Of a stretch of DNA of 64,000 nt, positions 20,558-29,298 are shown piece after piece. The notes beneath the pieces were generated by a model, which was given only the letters and a program-made list of their open reading frames with translations, had not been told where the DNA came from and made no database searches. Numbering within the stretch: position 1 is the first letter of the stretch; every line of letters starts with the position of its first letter. Origin of the DNA: Spirochaetia bacterium UBA5763 (GTDB lineage: Bacteria > Spirochaetota > UBA4802 > UBA5550); contig DIEX01000011.1 in NCBI GenBank assembly GCA_002418835.1, forward strand, positions 40,435-104,434, read 5' to 3'. The position numbers and the translations under genes are program-made.

Positions 20558-20908
20558 CTAAATCTTGTTAACAAGCATAATCGCAATAATAAGCCCGTAT
20601 ATAGCGATCCCCTCAGCCATTCCGAGAAAGACCAGAGCTCTTCCACCCAGTTCAGGTTTTTCGCTCATGGCTCCCATAGCTGCAGTTCCAATCCGTGCCA
20701 GGGCATACGAGCTTGTTATGCAGGAGATACCGACTGCTGCAACTGCCGCATATGCAAAAAGCGCCCGCCCGTTTTCTGTCTTCATAGCCACAGGCGCTGT
20801 TTCAGCAACAGCTTCTGCGGCAAATGCCCCTGCCGCAAGGAGCAGAACTCCTGCCGCCAGAAAAATCAGTCTTAAGAATATACCCGTTGAAAATATTTTT
20901 CTATGCAT
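20558..20908 (-). CDS. atpK: V/A-type ATP synthase proteolipid subunit K (c-ring)
   Basis: Hairpin of two TM helices with the ion-binding Glu in GMAEGIAIYGL, plus a hydrophobic N-terminal extension. Start placed at MHRK (GGAGGGG RBS). Confidence 0.75.
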   Translation of the reverse strand: MHRKIFSTGIFLRLIFLAAGVLLLAAGAFAAEAVAETAPVAMKTENGRALFAYAAVAAVGISCITSSYALARIGTAAMGAMSEKPELGGRALVFLGMAEGIAIYGLIIAIMLVNKI

Positions 20909-20927
20909 AAACCCCTCCATCCTGCAT

Positions 20928-22898
20928 CTACCTTAGTTTAAATGAAAACGGCGCGAAAGCTGTACCGTCCCCTTTAAAAAATTTACCGAAAAATTCATAA
21001 TATTCAAGTCTCATAGACTGGATTGAACAGACCAGCCCCTCAAGCAGTATAATAAATATATTACCTGTAACAATTGCAGCTATTGCTCCGATGTTTTTCA
21101 TAGATGGATCAATAATTTCAGCAAGAGTGAACACAGCAATGCTCAACCCCGCGTGGCTGAGAGCAAAGGCCCCTGCCCTGATGTATGATATTGTATTCCC
21201 CAGAAAACCTGAGAACATCTCGATGATTTCAACCATTGATTCAACAATGTACTCGAATAAGCCCTGCGGGAAAAGAGTCTCTCCATGAAAAAAGATATAA
21301 CCGAGCGGCCCCCTGAGCAGAAAAAGAACAGATGGCGGAATAAACACAGCTGCAATCATGGCAGCACCGAGGAACTCCCCTCCAGTTATGTACCGCATAA
21401 CAAAGTATACAACAGAAAGATAAACAGCAAGACCGCAACACCCCTTTGTACCGAAAAGAGCCCCCTCGTAATGCCCCGAGAATAATCCGTTTACCACGTT
21501 AAAAACAAGCCCGGCTGAGATAAAAATTACCCCTGCCATAATTGCCATTAAAAAAAGTTCCATCATGTTTTCCATAGGGTGAAAGAGAACTGCGGGTATA
21601 AGATTCTCATAACTGAAGACACTGCCGTAGAGAATTCCGAAAACTGCTGCGGAGAGCCCGCACCAGATCATAATCCCGCCGAAATCGGAGATACTGTTTC
21701 TCTCCCCGTATCTTCTCCTCCCATATCTCAGAAAGAATAAACCTGCTGCCGCAATGGTAAGCCCCTGCCCCAGGTCGCCAAACATCACACCGAATATTAC
21801 AGTATAAGCAATTGCAGCAGCTGGTGTGGGATCAACTTCACTGTTTCCCGGGGTCCCCATCATCCTTACCAGAAGTTCAAAAGGCCTGAAAATTTTTATG
21901 TTTTTAAGAAGGACCGGAATCCTGCCGCGAAAATTCCTGTTCTCCTTAACTGAAGCAATGTGCATGTAGAAGCTTTCACCGGAACCTTCACCAAGCAGAG
22001 ACTTCAGAGACTCCGCATCAGCGAAATTTATCCATCCGCTGATAACAACAAGTTCATCCGAAGATAAAAGACCAGATTCCACTTCTGAAATTTTAAGAAT
22101 AATTCTGTAGACTTCAGATAAATAGAGCAGCCTCCCCGATAATTTTTCTCTGCTGTTCTCATAGAGCTGATGCAGCCGTTCAAGCCTCCCCCGCAGAATG
22201 CCGAGTCTCCTCTTCAGATTCAGCTCAAAAGCGCCGCCCGTCAGTAAAAAATCATCAGTCATTGATGATCCGTAAAAGCCTTCAATTTTAAGTAGCCCGA
22301 GCACATCTTCCCTGTCGGAAGAGGGGAACATTACAAGAAGTCTGTTGCCATTCATAATATAGAACCAGCTCTCCCGCATCTCACGAAGACAACTATCACT
22401 GTTTACTGTTCCGTAAAAATATGAAGCATACTTCAGGCTGTTAAGCGGTAGGAAATCGATGTTGTCTTCGCGGATTATTCTGAGTTCATCAAGCTGTTTC
22501 TCAAGAGAAATTATTCTCTTTTCAATTGCAGCCTCCGCTTTTTCAAATTTTTCTCTGCTGCTGACAATACGCCTCACCTCACGGAGGTCCTCTCCTGCAT
22601 TTCTCAGAAACAGTGCCGGCAGATCATACGTAAAAGATCCCCCTGTAAGCTCCGTATCAGTGGAGATAGCCTCCTCTGAAAAAAAGTCTTCTGCTGCTGA
22701 AACAATCAGCCCGGCAGTTTCACTGATAGAGGAGAGCCCCCGGTTTTTTAATCCATATTCCAGAGCCGGTGTTTGACCCGCAATTTCTCTGTCAAGATGC
22801 AGAAGTCTACTCTTCCCGAGACTTACGATGAGATCACTATACCTTACCGCCGGTATTACGATGTTCACTCTCCGTATGTCACTCTTTGTGAACATCAC
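20928..22898 (-). CDS. atpI: V/A-type ATP synthase subunit I (a-subunit homologue, stator/ion channel)
   Basis: 656 aa. Soluble coiled-coil N-terminal half and a polytopic C-terminal half with a conserved Arg-containing TM region (SIQSMRLEYYEF). Confidence 0.8.
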   Translation of the reverse strand: MMFTKSDIRRVNIVIPAVRYSDLIVSLGKSRLLHLDREIAGQTPALEYGLKNRGLSSISETAGLIVSAAEDFFSEEAISTDTELTGGSFTYDLPALFLRNAGEDLREVRRIVSSREKFEKAEAAIEKRIISLEKQLDELRIIREDNIDFLPLNSLKYASYFYGTVNSDSCLREMRESWFYIMNGNRLLVMFPSSDREDVLGLLKIEGFYGSSMTDDFLLTGGAFELNLKRRLGILRGRLERLHQLYENSREKLSGRLLYLSEVYRIILKISEVESGLLSSDELVVISGWINFADAESLKSLLGEGSGESFYMHIASVKENRNFRGRIPVLLKNIKIFRPFELLVRMMGTPGNSEVDPTPAAAIAYTVIFGVMFGDLGQGLTIAAAGLFFLRYGRRRYGERNSISDFGGIMIWCGLSAAVFGILYGSVFSYENLIPAVLFHPMENMMELFLMAIMAGVIFISAGLVFNVVNGLFSGHYEGALFGTKGCCGLAVYLSVVYFVMRYITGGEFLGAAMIAAVFIPPSVLFLLRGPLGYIFFHGETLFPQGLFEYIVESMVEIIEMFSGFLGNTISYIRAGAFALSHAGLSIAVFTLAEIIDPSMKNIGAIAAIVTGNIFIILLEGLVCSIQSMRLEYYEFFGKFFKGDGTAFAPFSFKLR

Positions 22899-23875
22899 CC
22901 CTCACATATAACATTTTCCATTATAATATCGGGATCAAGCTCAAACCTCAGCCCGTCAGCAATGGCAAAGAGATTCCGTATCTGCCTGTAAAGCAGCGCC
23001 AGATAACACGTCACAGTATTCATCGAATGAAAATTCTCATGAAATGTGCGGCTGAAATCACGAAACAGCGCCCGCTCCATAACTCTCTCCGCAGAAATAA
23101 CTCCTGCTCCTGTGAGGATATCAACATAGCTGGTCTGGACCTGTTTAACCAGGAACCTCTCCCACTCCTCAACAGATGAACGTATACCGAAGCCGTATGC
23201 CGGGATAGATATATTCGTTTCAATATATCTCCTGATGCTTGATTCGTCCCAGCAATAAACATTCTGAAGCCTCCAGCTCCAGGAGAGTCTGAAGTAAGCC
23301 GCAAGCCCTGTAATAATCTTCATTGAATCCCCTCCGCGGGAGAAGCTCATTGAGTTAGGAAACTCAGCGGCCAGCCGGAGAGCTGCACGGTCAATAGAAA
23401 ACTCCACCTCTTCAAATGAACCTGCTGATTCAGAAGTGAGTATATCTCTCATCCATGTATTTTGTGTGTATTTCAAAATAGCGGCCACATCGGTGTTGTC
23501 CGTGAGCATACCACGGTCCAGTACCGCAAACTCTCCGGTGTTATACCAGATTGACGGCACCGGTGTACGCCTGAATGCTTTTGCGTAAAGCTGTTTAAGA
23601 TTCAGTATTTCAAAATAGCGGAGAAAGAGGACAAAAACTTTATGGTATGACTCTGATGCTTCAGCCAGTGAAATTATAAGCTGAATCTGGCTTTCAAAAA
23701 GTCTCTCTTTGATCGAAGTGTAATCGTTTTTAATATTTCCGGAATTGAGCCCGTTTATAACCGGATTAAAATTTCCGTTCCTTGCCATTTCGGAATAATC
23801 CTTCCTGGAAAGAAGCAGACTGTGCAGCGCGTAAATTTTAGCATGAATATAACCACTGTCAGCATAGAAATTCAT
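22895..23875 (-). CDS. atpC: V/A-type ATP synthase subunit C (d-subunit homologue)
   Basis: 326 aa all-alpha protein. Size and position (between I and the upstream gene) fit the V-type C/d subunit. 4 nt overlap with atpI. Confidence 0.7.
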   Translation of the reverse strand: MNFYADSGYIHAKIYALHSLLLSRKDYSEMARNGNFNPVINGLNSGNIKNDYTSIKERLFESQIQLIISLAEASESYHKVFVLFLRYFEILNLKQLYAKAFRRTPVPSIWYNTGEFAVLDRGMLTDNTDVAAILKYTQNTWMRDILTSESAGSFEEVEFSIDRAALRLAAEFPNSMSFSRGGDSMKIITGLAAYFRLSWSWRLQNVYCWDESSIRRYIETNISIPAYGFGIRSSVEEWERFLVKQVQTSYVDILTGAGVISAERVMERALFRDFSRTFHENFHSMNTVTCYLALLYRQIRNLFAIADGLRFELDPDIIMENVICEG

Positions 23876-23887
23876 AACCGCACCACC

Positions 23888-24202
23888 TTATGTCCGGTTA
23901 TCAAGTATTACAGATACTATCCTCCCGGTTATTTTATTCTTCAGTCTCCCGTCATCAAGGAGCAGCTGCTGCTCCTGCCGCGCCTCCTTAAGCCTGTTCA
24001 ACATGCTGCATTTTATTTCCTGCAATTTCTCTTCACTCATACTTCTGTATTCGGCTGCAATCCTGCTTAATTCCGATTCCCTGAATTCAGCCAACTCTCT
24101 CCTGCGGATTTCGACCCTCTCCCCGGCACTCAATTTTGCTGCTTCGAGCTCCCTGGCGAGCCGTTCATCCTCTTCAATAATATGACTGATATCCGGATCC
24201 AT
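23888..24202 (-). CDS. Putative V-type ATPase subunit G/H-like coiled-coil protein (first gene of the operon)
   Basis: 104 aa from the first in-frame ATG (the ORF track uses an upstream TTG). Highly charged coiled coil (EELRRREL...). Operon position only; RBS weak. Confidence 0.35.
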   Translation of the reverse strand: MDPDISHIIEEDERLARELEAAKLSAGERVEIRRRELAEFRESELSRIAAEYRSMSEEKLQEIKCSMLNRLKEARQEQQLLLDDGRLKNKITGRIVSVILDNRT

Positions 24203-24316
24203 CTCTACACCATATAACGGTTCCAACTTCTACTAATTTAGCGATTAATGTGTCCCTGGTCAATAAAATGATCATTAATGGCTAAAAAACTTCTTTAAAA
24301 TTAAATAACTTTTCCC

Positions 24317-24338
24317 GGAAAAATTTACAAAAAATGTC
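24317..24338 (+). promoter_or_regulatory. Candidate ECF-type promoter (GGAAA-N14-GTC) upstream of the ECF sigma gene
   Basis: GGAAAAATTTACAAAAAATGTCA lies ~50 nt upstream of ATG 24389. Spacer is shorter than the classic ECF spacing, so tentative. Confidence 0.25.
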
Positions 24339-24388
24339 ACACATAGCAGTTAAAAAGGTATATGTAAAAGAGGAGAGAGAAAGAGTTT

Positions 24389-25261
24389 ATGTACAACCCC
24401 TTTACAGAAATTGAATCTCATGATGATAACACTACTCTTATAGAGGATACACTCCGCGGCAGCCGGAAGTCTCTTGAAAATCTTATACTTCGCCACCAGG
24501 GGTGGATTTACAATATTGCATTCAAAATGGTTATGGATCATGATGACGCAAGCGATATTACTCAGGAGATACTTATTAAGTTCATCACAAGCCTCTCCAC
24601 TTATGACCCGGCTAAGGGAGCATTCAGAACATGGCTCTACCGTATCGTTGCAAATCATGTGCTCACAATGAAAAAGAAAAAATTTGAAAAGCGTATACAC
24701 GATTTCGACACATACCTGGCGCTGATTGAAAGACTTCCGGATAACAGATCCTTTTCACATCCGGACGCCGGAGTCATGGAGGAGGAGCTTAAAACAGGGT
24801 GCATGATGGGTATGCTGATGTGCCTCAGCAGGAGGGACAGACTGGTTTTTCTCCTTGGAGCTGTATTCAATGTCACTGATATTATCGGTTCGGAGATCAT
24901 GGATGTTTCAAGGGAAAACTTCAGGAAGATCCTTTCACGCTCAAGGCAGAAGGTCTACTCACACATGAATGGTTTCTGCGGAGTTGTGAATCCTGAAAAT
25001 CCATGCCGCTGTTCACACAAGACAAAAGCATTTTATGAAATGGGGATGCTGAACCCCAGAAATACCAGGTTTTACAAACCTGACCGGAAAAGTCTGCGTG
25101 AGCTGCTGAACATAAAACTTGAACAGTTCGATGAATCATTCTATGGCCCGTTTCTGGAGACTTTCCGGGAACAGCCATTTTATGATGCACCGGACATGGT
25201 GGTCTGGCTAAGACACATGCTTCACCGCGATGAATTCAGAGGTATATTCGAACTGCATTAA
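24389..25261 (+). CDS. ECF-type RNA polymerase sigma factor with a ~100 aa Cys/His-containing C-terminal extension
   Basis: Sigma-70 region 2 (DITQEILIKF...FRTWLYRIVANHV) and region 4 HTH. C-terminal tail contains FCGVVNPENPCRCSHK. Strong AGGAGAG RBS. Confidence 0.75.
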   Translation: MYNPFTEIESHDDNTTLIEDTLRGSRKSLENLILRHQGWIYNIAFKMVMDHDDASDITQEILIKFITSLSTYDPAKGAFRTWLYRIVANHVLTMKKKKFEKRIHDFDTYLALIERLPDNRSFSHPDAGVMEEELKTGCMMGMLMCLSRRDRLVFLLGAVFNVTDIIGSEIMDVSRENFRKILSRSRQKVYSHMNGFCGVVNPENPCRCSHKTKAFYEMGMLNPRNTRFYKPDRKSLRELLNIKLEQFDESFYGPFLETFREQPFYDAPDMVVWLRHMLHRDEFRGIFELH

Positions 25262-25289
25262 TCAGCATAAATTTTTAAAGGAGATATAG

Positions 25290-25712
25290 ATGGAGGATTT
25301 GAAAAAAAGAATAAAGCAATCTTTCCGCATGGAGATGATCGGCACAGGGATGTACAGATCCCTTGCATCACAGTACAGCGGCAAAACCGGACTTAGCAGC
25401 AGGTTTATGGAATTTGCAGACCAGGAGGAGATGCACGGAAGGATGTTCAGAGAATTGTACAGAAAAAATTTCGAGGAGGAGATCGGCAGCGGCAGGCTGT
25501 GGCTGCTCACTGGTAAAACAACGGCCTTTATAATGCGGCTACTCCCACTTGAAAAAAAGATGAAAAAATTGAGCACAGCTGAGTCAGACGCGGTAAAGCG
25601 CATTGAAGAAGCACTCGCCGGAGAGTGCGAACCGGGCTTTAGAAAGATAATCAGCAGAATCCTGCCGGACGAAAAAGCTCACGCCGCGTTATACGGTGAA
25701 ATTTTCGGCTGA
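25290..25712 (+). CDS. Ferritin-like (rubrerythrin-like diiron four-helix-bundle) small protein
   Basis: 140 aa with E...ExxH...E...ExxH spacing (MEMIG, QEEMHG, DEKAHA). AGGAG RBS. 28 nt downstream of the ECF sigma gene. Confidence 0.5.
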   Translation: MEDLKKRIKQSFRMEMIGTGMYRSLASQYSGKTGLSSRFMEFADQEEMHGRMFRELYRKNFEEEIGSGRLWLLTGKTTAFIMRLLPLEKKMKKLSTAESDAVKRIEEALAGECEPGFRKIISRILPDEKAHAALYGEIFG

Positions 25713-26061
25713 TTAGAATCAGACGTCAAAATGATACAGGTTTTTCACTTCTTGAAAATCAGACAGCCACTCAGATCAGCGAAATAGACAGAAAAATCCG
25801 CCAACCTCTGACAACAGAAAAATGCCGGGGTATAATTGATACTCCGGCATCTCATAAAACGACAGATAAAAAATCCCATCCTTAAAAACATTTTATTGAA
25901 AAGATATAAAAATCATATTATATTTATCTATACGAAATTTAGCAAATATAGCCAGACCCGACATTACCGGTTCATCCAAAATTTCTAAACGGAAAAGTGA
26001 ATCTGCCGGATGGAACGGCAACATCAGTATAATCAAACGACAGGTTAAACATAATCAGGTT

Positions 26062-29000
26062 ATGAAAGAAAGAGTTTCATCACTCGGGGTAAGCGAAGAC
26101 AGAAAACTGGCATTCAGTTTTGGCGCCCTTATTCTCGTGCTGATGCTGATTGTAACAATTACAGGTATGTACCTTTACAGTTACCAGCAGATGAAAGAGG
26201 AAAACCGCCTATCCTACGCGCTTGCAGGGCTTTTAAGTGAATCTATAAGCAAGGTAAATTTTTCCGGCAGAAATAATACACGCGTCTTTGTTGAAGATAT
26301 AAAAAAGAAAGTACCTGTCCTCGAATCAGTCTCCGTGGAAACATTCGGTGGCAGAATAATAGCTCACAGCAATCCTGCTCATAATGATGGTCCACACCTG
26401 GATAACGAGCCTGCTGTTGACATTAATCAGTTTTTGGTCAGTGACGCCATTGTATCAGAACATTTTCATGGCGACATCCTGGTTAAAGAAGTTATAGTAC
26501 CTTTCCGCGAAGGTTTGAGTAACCGGCCTGCGGGTATTATTCGTATAGCCATAAATGTTGACAGAACCCGCTGGTGGCTCAGGGTAAACCGTATTGTCCT
26601 GTTTTTTCTTATAACCGTCCTTACATCTGCCGCAATATTTATTGTTTTCAAACTGAGCGGATATTTCGGCGGCCGGGTAAGAAACCTGGCATTAAGAATG
26701 CTTACAATTCTCGACAATTCCCCGGCGCTGATATACATGAAAGATTTCGAGGGCAGATACCTCTTTATCAACAGGAAGTGGGAGGAACTTTTTAATACCA
26801 CCAATGATGCTGTAAAAGGTAAGACTGACTCCGAGATATTCACAAAAGAGATAGCAGACGGATTTATTGCTAACGACCGTTATGTGATGGATAATGACAA
26901 ATTACTGGAGATAGAGGAGTATGCGTCATTTCCGGATGGTTTACGCAGCTACCAGAGCATTAAAGTGCCGATAAAGGACAGTAACGGTAGAATTTACGCG
27001 CTTTGCGGGATATCCACAGATATTACAGAAAGAAAAAAGTCCGATGCAGCTCTCAGGGAAAGCGAAGAACAGTACCGGGTACTTTTAGACCTTGCGCCTG
27101 ATCCATTTTTCCATGGGGACTCAAAAGGAAATTTTATCAATGTGAATAATGCAGCACTGGAGCTGACAGAATACTCCAGGGATGAACTCCTGGGAATGAA
27201 TATTAGAGAACTTTTCCCTGATGATGTACTCAACAGGATACCACTGAGATTTGATCTCCTCGAACAGGGGCTTATACTCAAAGTTGAACGTACTATGCAG
27301 ACAAAAAGCGGCGGGCGTTTAACAATTGAGATGAACTCAAAAAAAATGCCCGACGGAACTTATCAGTCATTCTTCAGGGATATCACCAGAAGAAAGCAGG
27401 CTGAAGAAGCCCTGAAAGAAACAGAGGAAATATTCAGAAATTTCATGGAGAACAGCCCCATTTATGTATTCTTCAAAGACGAGGAGATTAGATCCATCAG
27501 GTTGAGCAGAAACTATGAACAGATGATCGGCAGGCCGATGGAAGAATTAATCGGAAAAAACATGTACGATCTCTTCCCGTCTGATCTGGCAAAGAATATA
27601 ATTGAAGATGATAAACGGGTTCTTAACAACAGCGAGATTGTCACCGTTGATGAGGAGATGAACGGCCGGTATTTCACCACAATAAAATTCCCGATTCTGA
27701 TAGACGGAAAGCCGAGATACCTCGCCGGATACACAATTGACATAACAGAGCGTATTCTTTCAGAAAAGATGATCGACGCGGAACGCGAAAGACTACTGGT
27801 AACACTCCGCAGTATTGGTGACGCTGTAATAACATCAGACATAGAGGGAAAAATCGTGCTTATGAACCGGGTGGCGGAAAATCTTACCGGCTGGACTCTC
27901 TCTGAAGCACAGGGGCGCCAATTAATGGAAGTTTTTAATATTGTAAACGAGTATTCACGAGAGCCCGGAGAGAATCCCGCGGACAGGGTGCTTAATTCCG
28001 GCGATATAATTGAGCTCCCGCAGAATACTATTCTTGTAAACCGTGACGGAACTGAAAGGCTTATCGCCGACAGCGGCGCGCCAATACGCTCCAGCGACAG
28101 CAGCATAACAGGTATTGTACTTGTGTTCCGTGATATCACTGAGAAGAGAAACACAGAGCTTCTATTGCAAAATTCTCAGAAGCTTGAATCACTGGGAGTA
28201 CTGGCTGGAGGAATAGCCCATGACTTCAACAATCTTTTGAGCGGTATATTCGGTTATATGGAGCTTATGAAACTCCATATTAAAAATCAAAATTTTAATA
28301 AGCTTGATGAAAATCTCAATAAATCAATCCAGGTATTTGAGAGAACCAGGGCGCTGACACAGCAGCTGCTGACTTTTTCCAAAGGTGGAGAACCTCATAA
28401 AAAGCAGATTCACCTTTCACAGATGCTTGTTTCCACCACTCAGTTTGCACTGAGCGGAACAAAGGTAAGCAGCAGGCTTGACATACAGCCTGATCTCTGG
28501 TACTGCATAGCGGATGAAAATCAGATTGGCCAGGTACTTGATAATATAATCATTAACGCTGTGCAGGCGATGCCTGATGGGGGCGGGATAAACATATGCG
28601 CTTCAAACTATTACCATAAACTTCACGACCCGGGTCTTATGCTGCCGCCGGGAAAATATGTCCGTGTCGGTATAACTGACCAGGGGCCGGGTATACCCCG
28701 TGAAAACTTAAGCCGGATTTTCGATCCATTCTTTACTACAAAGCCATCAGGCACAGGGCTCGGGCTTGCAACAGCCTATTCAATAATAAAAAAACATGGC
28801 GGAAGTATTGAAGTAACCCCGGCCGAAAATACAGGAACCACATTTATCCTTTATCTCCCTGCTGAAGATAAAGGCTCCGGCCGACGGGAAGTATCCCCCG
28901 GAATGACCAATACACAATTTAGCGGGAAAGTGCTGATTATGGATGACGAGGATTTTGTGCGGAATACAACATGTGAAATGCTTACGTCATCCGGGATAAA

Positions 29001-29298
29001 AGCTGATAGTGCCGCAAATGGTGAAGAGGCGGAAGCTAAATACAGGACGGCATACATAAGCGGAGATGCATATAAAGCCGTCATACTTGATCTTACTGTG
29101 AAGGGTGGTACAGGGGGGAGAGATACGATAAAAGCACTGAAAAAAATTAATCCCGATGTTATTGCAATAGCCTCAAGCGGATATTCTGCTGACCCTGTTA
29201 TGGCTAATCCGGCCGGGTACGGCTTTACAGACAGGCTGATAAAACCGTACAGGCTGGACGAACTGTTTACTGTGCTGAACAGAATAATGAAGAGATAG
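26062..29298 (+). CDS. Hybrid sensor histidine kinase (periplasmic sensor, multiple PAS, HisKA, HATPase, REC)
   Basis: 1078 aa. Two TM segments flank a ~130 aa extracytoplasmic domain. At least 4 PAS-like repeats. H-box GGIAHDFNNLLSGI, G-box GTGLGLA. C-terminal receiver (VLIMDDEDFV...). Confidence 0.85.
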   Translation: MKERVSSLGVSEDRKLAFSFGALILVLMLIVTITGMYLYSYQQMKEENRLSYALAGLLSESISKVNFSGRNNTRVFVEDIKKKVPVLESVSVETFGGRIIAHSNPAHNDGPHLDNEPAVDINQFLVSDAIVSEHFHGDILVKEVIVPFREGLSNRPAGIIRIAINVDRTRWWLRVNRIVLFFLITVLTSAAIFIVFKLSGYFGGRVRNLALRMLTILDNSPALIYMKDFEGRYLFINRKWEELFNTTNDAVKGKTDSEIFTKEIADGFIANDRYVMDNDKLLEIEEYASFPDGLRSYQSIKVPIKDSNGRIYALCGISTDITERKKSDAALRESEEQYRVLLDLAPDPFFHGDSKGNFINVNNAALELTEYSRDELLGMNIRELFPDDVLNRIPLRFDLLEQGLILKVERTMQTKSGGRLTIEMNSKKMPDGTYQSFFRDITRRKQAEEALKETEEIFRNFMENSPIYVFFKDEEIRSIRLSRNYEQMIGRPMEELIGKNMYDLFPSDLAKNIIEDDKRVLNNSEIVTVDEEMNGRYFTTIKFPILIDGKPRYLAGYTIDITERILSEKMIDAERERLLVTLRSIGDAVITSDIEGKIVLMNRVAENLTGWTLSEAQGRQLMEVFNIVNEYSREPGENPADRVLNSGDIIELPQNTILVNRDGTERLIADSGAPIRSSDSSITGIVLVFRDITEKRNTELLLQNSQKLESLGVLAGGIAHDFNNLLSGIFGYMELMKLHIKNQNFNKLDENLNKSIQVFERTRALTQQLLTFSKGGEPHKKQIHLSQMLVSTTQFALSGTKVSSRLDIQPDLWYCIADENQIGQVLDNIIINAVQAMPDGGGINICASNYYHKLHDPGLMLPPGKYVRVGITDQGPGIPRENLSRIFDPFFTTKPSGTGLGLATAYSIIKKHGGSIEVTPAENTGTTFILYLPAEDKGSGRREVSPGMTNTQFSGKVLIMDDEDFVRNTTCEMLTSSGIKADSAANGEEAEAKYRTAYISGDAYKAVILDLTVKGGTGGRDTIKALKKINPDVIAIASSGYSADPVMANPAGYGFTDRLIKPYRLDELFTVLNRIMKR

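Noticed and set aside
24350-24700. 116 aa minus-strand ORF upstream of the V-ATPase operon
   Set aside because: It lies almost entirely antisense to the well-supported ECF sigma gene (24389-25261). It is low complexity, Cys- and Phe-rich, and has no RBS, so it is most likely a shadow ORF.
25835-25866. ATGCCGG-(15 nt loop)-CCGGCAT hairpin flanked by A/T runs as a terminator
   Set aside because: The U-tract is on the minus-strand side, but there is no minus-strand gene upstream of it. On the plus strand it lacks a following T-run, so it has no clear function.
479-28154. Numerous 60-215 aa ORFs antisense to or out of frame within large confident genes (for example 479-784, 2341-2790, 8369-8776, 21143-21441, 27513-28154, 45969-46538)
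   Set aside because: They are embedded in genes with strong motif support. They have Ser/Leu/Arg-rich shadow-ORF composition and no independent RBS or signals.
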